The notes: generated by a model not told the origin, from the sequence alone. Shown: positions 31,222 through 40,247, numbered from the stretch's first letter. The stretch: DNA of 64,000 bases from an uncultured Anaerolineales bacterium (GCA_964551735.1 CAZKEF010000025.1:10595-74594), one strand, 5' to 3'. Numbers and translations are program-made.

Positions 31222-32499
31222 ATGGCGACACCCTGGAAGAACCGCTACGCGCAGCGCAATCAGCGCATGACGCGTTCAGTGATCCGTGAACTGCTGAAAT
31301 ACACCCAACAACCCGACATCATCTCGTTTGCTGGCGGGCTGCCTGCGCCGGAGATGTTCCCCGTCGAACAAATCCAGGAGGCGGCCTGCCGCGTGCTTAG
31401 CGCATACGGCGCCAAGGCACTCCAATACGGGCCGACCGAAGGCTACCTGCCGCTGCGCCAGTTCATCTGCGAGCGTATGAACCGTTACGGTATCAAGTCG
31501 GAACCGGGCAACGTCTTTATCACCACCGGCTCGCAGCAGGCACTTGACCTGATCGGCAAGCTGTTAATCAACCCGGGCGATCGGGTGCTGGTAGAGGAAC
31601 CGACCTACCTGGGCGCCTTGCAGGCCTGGAACGCGTATCAGGCAGAATATGTCTCCGTAGCCAGCGACGACCACGGGCTGCGGACCGACCTTCTAGAAAA
31701 CGCGTTGCGGATCGGGCCCAAGTTTATGTACATCTTGCCGAACTTCCAGAATCCGGGCGGCACTACGCTGCCGCTAGAACGGCGCTTTGATCTGGTGCGC
31801 CTGTCCAACAAGTACGGCATCCCCTTGGTTGAAGATGATCCCTACGGAGCGTTGCGCTACGAGGGTGAGCACCTGCCGCCGCTGGTTGCGCTGGACGCCG
31901 ACTTTCAAACCGAGGTTGGCTTGAATGGCAGCGGTTTCATGGCAGGGAATGTCATCTACCTCGGCACCTTCTCGAAGACGCTGGCTCCCGGCCTGCGCCT
32001 GGGCTGGGTGGTGGCGCCTGTCGAGGTGATCGATCAACTGGTGATGGCCAAACAGGGCACTGACCTGCACAGCAGCAGCTTCGACCAAATGGTGGCCTAC
32101 GAGGCACTCCACACTGGCTTCTTGGACGACCACATACGCCGCATCCGCGAGGTGTACGGGGAACGCCGCGACGTGATGCTGGCTGCAATGGAACGGTACT
32201 TCCCGGAAGGCTGCTCGTGGACCCGTCCGGAGGGCGGCCTGTTCCTGTGGGCACGCGTGCCCGAATGGATTGACACGGCAGACTTGATGCAGGAGGCTGT
32301 CAAGGCTAAGGTGGCTTATGTGCCCGGCTTTGCGTTCTACGCCGATGCCTCGCACGGCCGTAACACCATGCGCCTGAACTTCTCTAACGCTCAACCCGCA
32401 CAAATCGAAGAAGGGATCAAGCGCCTGGGCAGCTTGCTAAAAGCCACGATCTCACGGCATAATCGGCTTGAACAAGTCATCAGTCTGTCGAAGGAGTAG
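31222..32499 (+). CDS. PLP-dependent aminotransferase, class I (2-aminoadipate/aromatic aminotransferase-like)
   Basis: 425 aa. Motifs FAGGLPAPEMFP, ITTGSQQALDL, YILPNFQNPGGTTL, GTFSKTLAPGLRLGW (PLP lysine). AAGGAGG ribosome-binding site. Confidence 0.8.
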   Translation: MATPWKNRYAQRNQRMTRSVIRELLKYTQQPDIISFAGGLPAPEMFPVEQIQEAACRVLSAYGAKALQYGPTEGYLPLRQFICERMNRYGIKSEPGNVFITTGSQQALDLIGKLLINPGDRVLVEEPTYLGALQAWNAYQAEYVSVASDDHGLRTDLLENALRIGPKFMYILPNFQNPGGTTLPLERRFDLVRLSNKYGIPLVEDDPYGALRYEGEHLPPLVALDADFQTEVGLNGSGFMAGNVIYLGTFSKTLAPGLRLGWVVAPVEVIDQLVMAKQGTDLHSSSFDQMVAYEALHTGFLDDHIRRIREVYGERRDVMLAAMERYFPEGCSWTRPEGGLFLWARVPEWIDTADLMQEAVKAKVAYVPGFAFYADASHGRNTMRLNFSNAQPAQIEEGIKRLGSLLKATISRHNRLEQVISLSKE

Positions 32500-32505
32500 A
32501 TACCT

Positions 32506-32958
32506 ATGGAACGAATGCGGGTACGCGATGTTATGAGCACCTCACCCATCACTGTGACCCCTGACACAACGTTGCCAGCGGCCACGGCGCTGATGCGTGA
32601 GAAGCGCATCCGCCATCTGCCGGTGGTCGAGAATGGCCGGCTCGTAGGCATTGTCAGCCGGGGTGACCTGCGCGAGGCATCGATCACAGCGGGCATCAAT
32701 GCTGACTCCTATGAGCTCCACTTCATGCTCAGCCGGCTGACCATCGGCAAGCTGATGACGCGCAAGGTCTTCACAGTGACGCCCGATGCGCCGGTGGTGC
32801 ACGTGGCCGAGCTGATGACCGAGCACAAGATCGCCGGCCTGCCAGTGGTGGATGAAACCGACACCCTGGTGGGCATCGTCACTGAGTCGGATCTATTGAG
32901 GATGCTGGCCCATAAGCTGCGCGAGGCGGAAGAGCGCGAGCCAGAGCCCAGCGCGTAG
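32506..32958 (+). CDS. CBS domain pair protein
   Basis: Two CBS motifs (HLPVVENGRLVGIVSRGDL; GLPVVDETDTLVGIVTESDL). 150 aa. Confidence 0.85.
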   Translation: MERMRVRDVMSTSPITVTPDTTLPAATALMREKRIRHLPVVENGRLVGIVSRGDLREASITAGINADSYELHFMLSRLTIGKLMTRKVFTVTPDAPVVHVAELMTEHKIAGLPVVDETDTLVGIVTESDLLRMLAHKLREAEEREPEPSA

Positions 32959-32974
32959 AACTCTCCAATCGCCC

Positions 32975-34003
32975 ATGGACGCTCATCTCGCACGCTACGC
33001 GCGCCAAGTCATCTACCCCGGCATCGGAGAAGCCGGACAGCAAGCTCTGCTGGACGCCCATGTCACGATCATCGGCGTGGGCGCCACCGGCTCGGTGCTG
33101 GCCAACCACTTGGCGCGGGCCGGGGTGGGCCAGCTACGCCTGGTGGATCGCGATTTCGTGGAGCTGAACAACCTGCAGCGCCAGCTCCTCTACGACGAAG
33201 ACGACGTTGCCGGCATGTTGCCGAAAGCGATCGCGGCCGCGACCAAGCTGCGGCGCATCAACTCCGAGATCGCGATCGAGGCGGTTGTCGCTGACGTGGG
33301 GCCAACCAACATCGCCGACCTCATCGCCGACGCCGACGTGGTGCTCGATGGCACCGACAACTTCGCCACGCGCTACCTGATCAACGATGCGTGCGTCAAG
33401 CTGGGCAAACCGTGGGTCTACTGCGGCGTGCTGGCCACCTACGGTATGACCCACACCGTCCGCCCCGGCATCACCCCCTGCCTGCGCTGCATCATGGGCG
33501 AGCTGCCTGCGCCCGGAACTGTTCCCACCTGTGACACCGCCGGCATCATCGGCCCCATCGTCGCGCTGATGGGCTCGATCGTGGTGGCCGAGGCGCTGAA
33601 GCTGATGGTGGGCCGGGGCGAGCCCAACGATGGCATGGTGCATGTGGACTTGTGGGATAACACCTACGAGCGGTTCGACCTGGGCGGCCCGCGGCCTGAT
33701 TGCCCGGCGTGCGGCCAGCGCCGGTTCGAGTTCCTCAGCGCCGAAGCGGGGGGGCGCGTGACCTCGCTGTGCGGCCGCGAGGCCGTGCAAGTGAACGTGG
33801 TTGGCGCGCACAACATTGACCTGGTGGCCCTAGCCGAACGGCTCAAGGTCGCGGCCGATCAGGTGCGCGTCAACCCCTATCTGTTGCGCGCCGTCATCGC
33901 CGGCCACGAGTTTACGGTCTTCCCTGACGGCCGGGCGATCATCAAAGGCACAACTGATGAAGCCGCGGCCGCGACGTTGTACGCGAAGTATGTGGGGATG
34001 TGA
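32975..34003 (+). CDS. ThiF/MoeB/HesA-family E1-like adenylyltransferase with an approximately 90 aa C-terminal extension of unknown fold
   Basis: RQVIYPGIGEAGQQALLDAHVTIIGVGATGS, LVDRDFVELNNLQRQ, zinc motifs CLRC...CPAC. The C-terminal ...VQVNVVGAHNIDLVALAERLKV...EFTVFPDGRAIIKG... carries no rhodanese CxxGxR motif. Confidence 0.75.
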   Translation: MDAHLARYARQVIYPGIGEAGQQALLDAHVTIIGVGATGSVLANHLARAGVGQLRLVDRDFVELNNLQRQLLYDEDDVAGMLPKAIAAATKLRRINSEIAIEAVVADVGPTNIADLIADADVVLDGTDNFATRYLINDACVKLGKPWVYCGVLATYGMTHTVRPGITPCLRCIMGELPAPGTVPTCDTAGIIGPIVALMGSIVVAEALKLMVGRGEPNDGMVHVDLWDNTYERFDLGGPRPDCPACGQRRFEFLSAEAGGRVTSLCGREAVQVNVVGAHNIDLVALAERLKVAADQVRVNPYLLRAVIAGHEFTVFPDGRAIIKGTTDEAAAATLYAKYVGM

Positions 34004-34080
34004 CGAACGACGAAAGACGGACGACGAAAAACGAGAAGAGGAGCGTGTCGTCATTCGTCATTCGTCCTTCGTCCTTCGTC
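34003..34080. repeat. Inverted pair of heptamer tandem arrays: (GACGAAN)x4-5 then (NTTCGTC)x5
   Basis: Left array gacgaacgacgaaagacggacgacgaaaaacgag, then a 12 nt spacer, then tcgtcattcgtcattcgtccttcgtccttcgtc. The arms are complementary in many registers. Lies between the ThiF-like stop and the GNAT ATG at 34081. Confidence 0.75.
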
Positions 34081-35064
34081 ATGCACAACATCATGAACGC
34101 CGACTCCATTACCCTCACTACCTTCTATCCGGCCCGCCTGCCAGCCCTGGTGGCGTTCCTGAATCACGCGCTGGCGGGCCAGCGGCACTGGGCCCCCATC
34201 ACTGAGGCGAACTTCACCGAGCGGGTGTTGGCGCAGCCGGGCTTCGACCCCAGCGGCCTGATCCTGGCACGCGCAGGCGAGCGTATCGTGGGCGGCGTGC
34301 ATGCCATTAAGCCCGCGGCCGATATGCCCGCGTACCGCAACGCGGAGCCACGGCATCACATCGCCTGGCTGGCAGTAGATCCGGCTTACCGCGGGCAAAA
34401 CGTGGGCGACCGGCTGCTCCGCTCGGCCGAGAACTACCTCTACTATTGCCCTGTCTACTTCGCGGCGCAGAGCGCGCCTTTCTACGGCATCTTGGAGAAG
34501 CTGTGGGTGCCCTGGTACGGCTCCACCGAGCGGATGGGCGTCAGCGCATTGTATGACAAAGGACTGATCGCCTGGCTGGGCCGCCGCGGCTACATCGTCA
34601 CCAACGCAGGTGACGTGAGCATGACCGCCAACCTGCACAACCGTGAGCGGCCAGATGATCCCGGGCTGGTCGAGCGCGGCCTGCGAGTGGTGATGATCAA
34701 CGAGCAGAACCCGTGGCGAGGCGACGAGCCGTTCTACCAGCTGCGCGCCTGGGGCCATAATGGTGACCGGCAATATCAGGGCCTGGTGGTTGCCGACGGC
34801 GACCGGGCCGTTGGCAGCATCGCCTGGTATCCCCTGCCCGACGACATGACGGCCGCGCTGGCATGGATCGGTTTGGAGCGGCCTTACCGCGGCCTGCGCT
34901 TTGGCTCCTACCTGCTGGATCGTGCCCTGACCGAAATGGCGAGCCGCGGCTACCTCAACGTCGAAGTCCACGTCCACAGCAAGGACAACGTGGAGGCATT
35001 CTCTCTCTTCAAACGCCGCGGCTTCAACGTCATTGACTACTGGGTGAACCTGGTGAAGACCTGA
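34081..35064 (+). CDS. GNAT family acetyltransferase (two GNAT-like halves)
   Basis: Starts at MHNIMNADSITL... 327 aa. Motifs HIAWLAVDPAYRGQNVGDRLL and IAWYPLP...RPYRGLRFGSYLL. An alternative GTG start at 34000 (GTGA overlap with the ThiF-like stop) would add a repeat-encoded low-complexity N-terminus. No Shine-Dalgarno sequence before 34081. Confidence 0.65.
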   Translation: MHNIMNADSITLTTFYPARLPALVAFLNHALAGQRHWAPITEANFTERVLAQPGFDPSGLILARAGERIVGGVHAIKPAADMPAYRNAEPRHHIAWLAVDPAYRGQNVGDRLLRSAENYLYYCPVYFAAQSAPFYGILEKLWVPWYGSTERMGVSALYDKGLIAWLGRRGYIVTNAGDVSMTANLHNRERPDDPGLVERGLRVVMINEQNPWRGDEPFYQLRAWGHNGDRQYQGLVVADGDRAVGSIAWYPLPDDMTAALAWIGLERPYRGLRFGSYLLDRALTEMASRGYLNVEVHVHSKDNVEAFSLFKRRGFNVIDYWVNLVKT

Positions 35065-35166
35065 GCGCTCCGCAACACGCGGCTTGTAGAGCCACTGGAG
35101 TGAAGGCACATACCATCTTCATGGTTGATGATCATACCCCGCCAAAACAGAATAACCGTATTGGCG

Positions 35167-35427
35167 CTAACGCCGCGCTTTGCCCAGTTTCCCCAGGATC
35201 CATCTGGCTGCCAGGATGAAGGCCAACGATCCGAGGAACGTCTGGATGACGTACACGCCCGCGATGGAGAGACCCCATTGGCCCAACACCACCTGGCCGA
35301 TAAAGCCGCCGATGAAGCCGGCCACGATGTTGCCCAGCCAACCGTAAGGTAGGTCGGTTTTCGCCACCCGTTCAACGATGGCGACGATGATGATCGTAAC
35401 GATCAACGAGGCGATGAACCCTAGCAT
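35167..35427 (-). CDS. GlsB/YeaQ/YmgE-family transglycosylase-associated membrane protein
   Basis: MLGFIASLIVTIIIVAIVERV...GWLGNIVAGFIGGFIGQVVLGQ... 86 aa. Confidence 0.8.
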   Translation of the reverse strand: MLGFIASLIVTIIIVAIVERVAKTDLPYGWLGNIVAGFIGGFIGQVVLGQWGLSIAGVYVIQTFLGSLAFILAARWILGKLGKARR

Positions 35428-35476
35428 GATTTTTTCTCCTTGTTGTGTTGTAGAAGGGAGCCTTGCGCCCGTCCGC

Positions 35477-35863
35477 CTACAGGATCGCGATCACGATGCC
35501 GATCACCGCGACCAGGAACGGCACAGCCAGGACCATGCCGCCGCAGCCGATGCAGCCTTTTTTGCGCATGACTTCGTTGGGGCTGTAGTAACGCTTCTTG
35601 GCCGGGCCCGCCTCGACCGGTTCGACTTGCCCGGGCGCGATGCTGGGAGCTTTCGACTGCTTGGCCGAACTGCCGGCCTGGGGCAGCTCGGACTTCGGCT
35701 CCGGTACAACCTCGAACTGCTCCTGGCCGAGCTCGCCGGCCGAAAAGCCGCTTTCCGGTTCAAGGGCGGAGAAGTCGGGTTCACCGGCGTTTCCGCTGTC
35801 GTCCGAGGTCAGGTGGTCTGAAGCCTGAAAACCGCCTTGTTCCTTGCGTTTGAACTGGGACAT
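35477..35863 (-). CDS. Hypothetical acidic protein with a C-terminal CxxC motif and TM anchor
   Basis: MSQFKRKEQ... low-complexity acidic region, then ...KKGCIGCGGMVLAVPFLVAVIGIVIAIL. GGAGG ribosome-binding site. 128 aa. Confidence 0.55.
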   Translation of the reverse strand: MSQFKRKEQGGFQASDHLTSDDSGNAGEPDFSALEPESGFSAGELGQEQFEVVPEPKSELPQAGSSAKQSKAPSIAPGQVEPVEAGPAKKRYYSPNEVMRKKGCIGCGGMVLAVPFLVAVIGIVIAIL

Positions 35864-36087
35864 GATGCACGCCTCCTTGTGGCTGTAGCGCCGTGTCAAT
35901 GATAGAAACGGCACTAGTATACGCCGGAATTGTTACGGAACAAGTGACGCAGCCAGGCCACTGACCGCGGCGGTTGGGGTGCATCAGCATGGCATGCAGG
36001 CCCTTGCCCCGAAAGCGAACCGCACCCAACGTCTCCATCACATTGGATGGGGCTCCGCGGCCGCACAGGTTTCGTTCCGCCTGTCAT

Positions 36088-36115
36088 TTGACATGCACCC
36101 CAGGCCGGGTATAAT
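36088..36115 (+). promoter_or_regulatory. Consensus sigma70 promoter (TTGACA-16-TATAAT) for the ask-hom-asd leader
   Basis: -35 at 36088-93, -10 at 36110-15. Predicted transcription start near 36122, about 358 nt upstream of the ask ATG. Confidence 0.7.
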
Positions 36116-36121
36116 GCAACC

Positions 36122-36456
36122 CGTTCGTGCATAAGTAAAAACGTTGACCGGGACGAGTACGCGGCCACGGAAGCGCCAGGGAGGGCGGGCCACCGATTGC
36201 AAGCCTGTCTCGCCGAAGTCCGCTGAAAACCCCCCGGGAGTGGGCGCCTCAAATCACGTCGCAGAGTATGGCGCCCCGGGTCGCTCCGTTAGCTGCGTGC
36301 AAGATGGTTGCGCTTTCATAATGTCGTGCTGAGCGGGTTGGTCCCGTGTCTTTCGTTACGGAAACAGTCCAGCGAAGCATCTCAGGCTGATACCAAGCAA
36401 TCAATTTGGGTGGAACCGCGGATGCCCCTCGCCCCAAAAGGCGAGGGGCGTTTTTT
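36122..36456 (+). promoter_or_regulatory. T-box riboswitch leader (Stem I with specifier loop, F-box, T-box sequence, terminator/antiterminator)
   Basis: Stem I 36152-36260 closed by GACG/CGUC and GCGCC/GGCGC. AGUA on the 5' side. A 3' internal loop cucAAAUCA (AUC then A). F-box CCGUUA at 36286-91. T-box AAUUUGGGUGGAACCGCGG at 36403-21, against the consensus AAUUAGGGUGGNACCGCGG. An antiterminator can form with UGGG/CCCA. Confidence 0.75.
36424..36456 (+). terminator. Intrinsic terminator of the T-box leader
   Basis: gcccctcgcc ccaaaa ggcgaggggc followed by gTTTTTT; 24 nt before the ask ATG. Confidence 0.85.
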
Positions 36457-36479
36457 ATCTACAACAAGGGGTTTGTCCG

Positions 36480-37886
36480 ATGCAAGTCATGAAATTCGGC
36501 GGCACGTCCGTCAACGACGCTAAGGCCATCGCGCAAGTGGCGGCCATCGTGGCCGACCAGCTCAAATCCGACCCAAATGTGGTCGTCGTGACCTCGGCTA
36601 TGCGCGGGGTCACCGACCTGCTGATTGACTCAGCCCGGGCCGCTGCACGCGGCGACCGGCAGAAATATCGCGACGCGCGGCAGGCCCTCATTGCCCGGCA
36701 CCGCGACGCGGCCGAGGCGTTGATCCACGACCTGGATGACCTGGCCGCGATTCAGGCACTGACCGACGAGCGGGTGCGCGAGTTCGAGCGCCTATGCATG
36801 GCCGTCGCCATCCTGGGCGAGCTCACCGACCGGGGCCTAGCGGTGGTCTCCGGCCTGGGCGAGCGGCTGTTGGCGCCGATCCTGGCCGCAGCCATGCGCG
36901 CGGCCGGCCTGCGCGCCGAATTCGTGGACGCGGGCGAGCTGATCGTGACCGACGATAACTACGCCGCGGCCGCGCCCGACATGACAGCCACCCGCACGGC
37001 TACCCGCGGCCAGCTGCTGCCGCTGTTTCAGGCGGGCGCGACCCCAGTCGTCACCGGTTTCGTGGCGGCCACCCCCGGCGGCGTCCCCACCGTGCTCGGC
37101 CGCGGGGGCTCCGACTACTCGGCCGCAGTGCTGGGGGCGGCGCTAGAAGCCGACGAGATCCAGATCTGGACCGACGTGGATGGTGTGCTCACAGCCGATC
37201 CGCGCATCGTCAAGGACGCGCGGCCGGTGCCGGAGCTCACCTACGGCGAGGCCGCGGAGCTGGCCTACTTCGGCGCAAAAGTGTTGCACCCCAAGACCAT
37301 GCTGCCAGCAATTGACCTGGGCATCCCCATCAGTGTGCGTAACACCTTCAACGCGGCGTTCCCCGGCACGCGCGTGGTGCCCAAGACGCACAACGGCGGC
37401 ACCGTTAAGGCGCTCACCGTTATCCGCGGGCTGGCGCTGGTCACCGTGGCCGGCCGAGGCATGATGGGCGTGCCCGGCATCGCCGCGCGCACCTTCGCGG
37501 CCGTGGCCAGCCAGGGCGCCAACGTGCTGATGATTTCCCAGGCCTCATCCGAGCAAAGCATCTGCTTCGTAGTGCCCGAGGCTGACGCGGGGCCTGTGGC
37601 GCAGGGATTGGAAGTCACCTTTGCAGACGAGATCCGCCGCCGGCTGATCGACCGCGTGACTGTGGAGCCAGAAATCGTCATCGTGGCCGTGGTGGGCGAA
37701 GGGATGCGCGGCACCCCCGGCATTGCGGCCCGCCTCTTCGGCGCGCTGGGCGAGCATCGCGTCAACGTCATTGCGGTCGCCCAGGGTTCGTCCGAGGCCA
37801 ACATCTCCCTGACCCTAGCCGCGGCGGACGCGGACGCAGGCGTGCGGTACATCCACGCGGCGTTCGGGTTGGGGGGACAACCATGA
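36480..37886 (+). CDS. ask: Aspartate kinase (monofunctional, with C-terminal ACT domains)
   Basis: MQVMKFGGTSV...VVVVTSAMRGVTD...; the C-terminal segments GMMGVPGIAARTF... and GEGMRGTPGIAARLF are ACT domains. 468 aa. Confidence 0.92.
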   Translation: MQVMKFGGTSVNDAKAIAQVAAIVADQLKSDPNVVVVTSAMRGVTDLLIDSARAAARGDRQKYRDARQALIARHRDAAEALIHDLDDLAAIQALTDERVREFERLCMAVAILGELTDRGLAVVSGLGERLLAPILAAAMRAAGLRAEFVDAGELIVTDDNYAAAAPDMTATRTATRGQLLPLFQAGATPVVTGFVAATPGGVPTVLGRGGSDYSAAVLGAALEADEIQIWTDVDGVLTADPRIVKDARPVPELTYGEAAELAYFGAKVLHPKTMLPAIDLGIPISVRNTFNAAFPGTRVVPKTHNGGTVKALTVIRGLALVTVAGRGMMGVPGIAARTFAAVASQGANVLMISQASSEQSICFVVPEADAGPVAQGLEVTFADEIRRRLIDRVTVEPEIVIVAVVGEGMRGTPGIAARLFGALGEHRVNVIAVAQGSSEANISLTLAAADADAGVRYIHAAFGLGGQP

Positions 37887-38965
37887 AACACACTCCTCTC
37901 ATCATCTTCGGCGCGGGCAAGGTGGGGCGGGCGCTGGTGCGCCAACTGCTGGACGCGGCCGAGATCCACGCGGGGCGCGATGGACTGGCATTCCCGGTCG
38001 CAGCCTGGTGCGATCACGACGGCGCGGCTGTGGACGAGAAGGGCCTGCCCGCTGAGGCCCTGGCCGCGCTGCTGGACGCAAAGGCCGCGGGCTCGCCCTT
38101 CGTCGAGACCCCATACGGCTCGCCCCAGACCGATCTCCATGCCATCGTGGATATCGCCGGCTCCGACGGCTGCATCGTGGTTGACGTCACCGCATCCGAT
38201 GCCACCGTGCCGGCACTGGATCTGGCGCTGCGCCGTGGCTACGCGGCCGCCACGGCCAACAAGGTGCCCCTGGCCGGGCCGCAGGCGACTTTCGACCGGC
38301 TCACCGCTGCTGGGCGGCTAGGCTACGAGTCCACCGTGGGATCGGCCGTCCCGGTAATCGCGACCGCGCAAGGGCTGATGCGTGCGGCGGATCGCGTGGA
38401 CGCGGCGCGCGGCGCACTCAGCGGCACGCTGGGCTTCATCAGCACCGGGTTGCAGGCCGGACAGCCCTTCTCCGCGCTGGTGGCCGAGGCGATGCGTCGC
38501 GGCTACGCCGAGCCGGACCCGCGAGTTGATCTGGGCGGCATGGACGTGGCGCGCAAGGCGCTGATCCTGGCGCGCACTCTGGGATGGAAAGCGGAGTTGA
38601 GCCAAGTGGAAGTGACCGGACTGCTACCAGCCGAGTACGCGACGCTGCCCTTGGCCGGCTGCCTGGCGCGGCTGCCGGAGCTCGACGTCGACTTCGCAGC
38701 CCAGGTCGCGGACGCGACCGCCGATGGCCAGGTGCTGCGCTACGTGGCCGAGATCAAGGATGGCCGCGCCGCGGTCGGACTGCGCGCCGTTCCCGCGGAT
38801 AGCGCGCTGGGCCAGCTCCGGGGCAACGACAACCTGGTGGCGTTCCACACGCGCTACTATCCCGACACGCCGCTGGTGCTCCAGGGCCGCGGGGCCGGGG
38901 TGGACGCCGCTGCGGCAGGGGTGCATTCGGATATCGTGGCGTTGGCGCAGCGCAAACTCGGCTAA
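37883..38965 (+). CDS. hom: Homoserine dehydrogenase
   Basis: MKHTPLIIFGAGKVGRALVRQL... (NAD-binding), ...LGYESTVGSAVPVI... catalytic region. ATGA overlap with the ask stop. 360 aa. Confidence 0.85.
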   Translation: MKHTPLIIFGAGKVGRALVRQLLDAAEIHAGRDGLAFPVAAWCDHDGAAVDEKGLPAEALAALLDAKAAGSPFVETPYGSPQTDLHAIVDIAGSDGCIVVDVTASDATVPALDLALRRGYAAATANKVPLAGPQATFDRLTAAGRLGYESTVGSAVPVIATAQGLMRAADRVDAARGALSGTLGFISTGLQAGQPFSALVAEAMRRGYAEPDPRVDLGGMDVARKALILARTLGWKAELSQVEVTGLLPAEYATLPLAGCLARLPELDVDFAAQVADATADGQVLRYVAEIKDGRAAVGLRAVPADSALGQLRGNDNLVAFHTRYYPDTPLVLQGRGAGVDAAAAGVHSDIVALAQRKLG

Positions 38966-38969
38966 CACT

Positions 38970-39051
38970 GGAATCGAGGCTTTCGCCGGTCACTCGCGTT
39001 ATCCAGCGAAACCGATTGATCCTAAAGGAGGCTACGCATAGCCTCGAATCC
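38970..39051. repeat. Hairpin repeat element (MITE/REP-like), degenerate copy A
   Basis: GGAATCGAGGCTTTCGCCGGT ... (ACCGATTGATCC) ... AGCCTCGAATCC, in the hom-asd intergenic region. Confidence 0.6.
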
Positions 39052-39072
39052 AGCCCCAGTGGAGGGATATCT

Positions 39073-40146
39073 ATGTACCCAACACCCAAGATTAAAGTCG
39101 GTGTCCTCGGTGCGACCGGGGCGGTGGGGCAGCGCTTCATCCAGATGCTGGCCGGCCACCCCTGGTTCGAGATCGCCGTGCTGACCGCGTCGGATCGTTC
39201 GGCGGGCAAGCGCTACGGCGATGCGGCAAAATGGCTGCTGCGCGGGGGGATGCCCGCCCCCGTGGCCGACATGACCCTGCTTCCCACAGAGCCGGACGCC
39301 ATTGGGCCGGACGTACGGCTGCTCTTCTCCGCGCTGCCAGGCGGGAACGCGCGCGAAGTGGAGGCGGCGCTGGCCGCGGCCGGCTACGGTGTCTGCTCGA
39401 ACGCGTCCGCCCATCGCATGGATCCCGACGTGCCGCTGCTGATCCCCGACGTCAACCCGGAGCACACCGCCTTGATCCGGACGCAGCAGGCGCGGCGCGG
39501 CTGGTCGGGATTCATCACCACCAACCCCAACTGCACCACCACGCATCTGGTCTGCGCGCTGAAGCCACTGCACGACGCGTTCGGCCTGACCGCGGTCAAT
39601 GTGGTGAGCATGCAGGCGATCTCCGGCGCGGGCTACCCTGGCGTATCGGCCATGGACATCCTCGACAACGTCATCCCGCACATCGGCGGCGAGGAGGAGA
39701 AGGTGGAGCAGGAACCCGGCAAGCTGCTGGGCACGCTGGACGGCGATGCGATCCGGCTGGCCTCTTTCACCGTCAGCGCGCAGTGCAACCGGGTCGCCGT
39801 GCGCAACGGCCACCTGGAGGCGGTCAGCGTAAAGCTGCGCCGTTCAGCCAGCCTGGAGCAAATGGCCGAGGCGCTGGCGTCCTACCGAGGTGAGCCGCAG
39901 CGCCTGGGCCTGCCCACTGCGCCCGACCCGGCCATCGTGCTGTTCGCCGAGGCCGACCGGCCCCAGCCGAGGCTGGATCGGCTGGCCGGCGGCGGCATGG
40001 CTACGTGCGTTGGCCGGCTGCGGCCCGACCCGCTGTTCGACTACAAGTTCATCGTGTTGGGACACAACACCATCCGCGGCGCGGCTGGCGGCTCGCTCCT
40101 GAACGCGGAGCTGCTGGTGGCGCAGGGGTGGGTGACAGACGACTGA
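39073..40146 (+). CDS. asd: Aspartate-semialdehyde dehydrogenase
   Basis: KVGVLGATGAVGQRFIQML, NPNCTTTHLVCALKPL (active-site Cys), GHNTIRGAAGGSLLNAE. GGAGGG ribosome-binding site. 357 aa. Confidence 0.92.
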   Translation: MYPTPKIKVGVLGATGAVGQRFIQMLAGHPWFEIAVLTASDRSAGKRYGDAAKWLLRGGMPAPVADMTLLPTEPDAIGPDVRLLFSALPGGNAREVEAALAAAGYGVCSNASAHRMDPDVPLLIPDVNPEHTALIRTQQARRGWSGFITTNPNCTTTHLVCALKPLHDAFGLTAVNVVSMQAISGAGYPGVSAMDILDNVIPHIGGEEEKVEQEPGKLLGTLDGDAIRLASFTVSAQCNRVAVRNGHLEAVSVKLRRSASLEQMAEALASYRGEPQRLGLPTAPDPAIVLFAEADRPQPRLDRLAGGGMATCVGRLRPDPLFDYKFIVLGHNTIRGAAGGSLLNAELLVAQGWVTDD

Positions 40147-40225
40147 TGACGGCTGACCGATGACGGACGATGGCAGCACAATGTGAAGTACGCAGTACGC
40201 AGTACGCAGTATTGTAGTAGTACGC
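40145..40225. repeat. Short tandem repeats immediately 3' of the asd stop: (GATGACGG-like)x3 then AGTACGC x3 (+1 spaced copy)
   Basis: tgatgacggctgaccgatgacggacgatgg ... aagtacgcagtacgcagtacgcagtattgtagtagtacgc. Confidence 0.8.
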
Positions 40226-40247
40226 AACTGTCAGAACAGGTGAACCC

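Noticed and set aside
34051-35109. 352 aa ORF antisense to the double GNAT gene, and 33134-33811 antisense to the ThiF-like gene
   Set aside because: High-GC antisense artefacts. The sense strands have conserved motifs.
36150-36260. Lysine (L-box) or glycine riboswitch in the ask leader, suggested by the CUCGCCGAAG and GCUGAAA strings
   Set aside because: The order of those elements is reversed relative to L-box consensus. The leader instead contains the F-box and a 17/19 match to the T-box sequence, next to the terminator.
37265-38140. 291 aa ORF antisense across the ask/hom junction
   Set aside because: Sense genes are certain. The antisense protein is Ala/Arg/Ser-rich with no motifs.
39022-39893. 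263 aa minus-strand and 220 aa plus-strand ORFs inside asd
   Set aside because: The other frames of a clearly conserved Asd.
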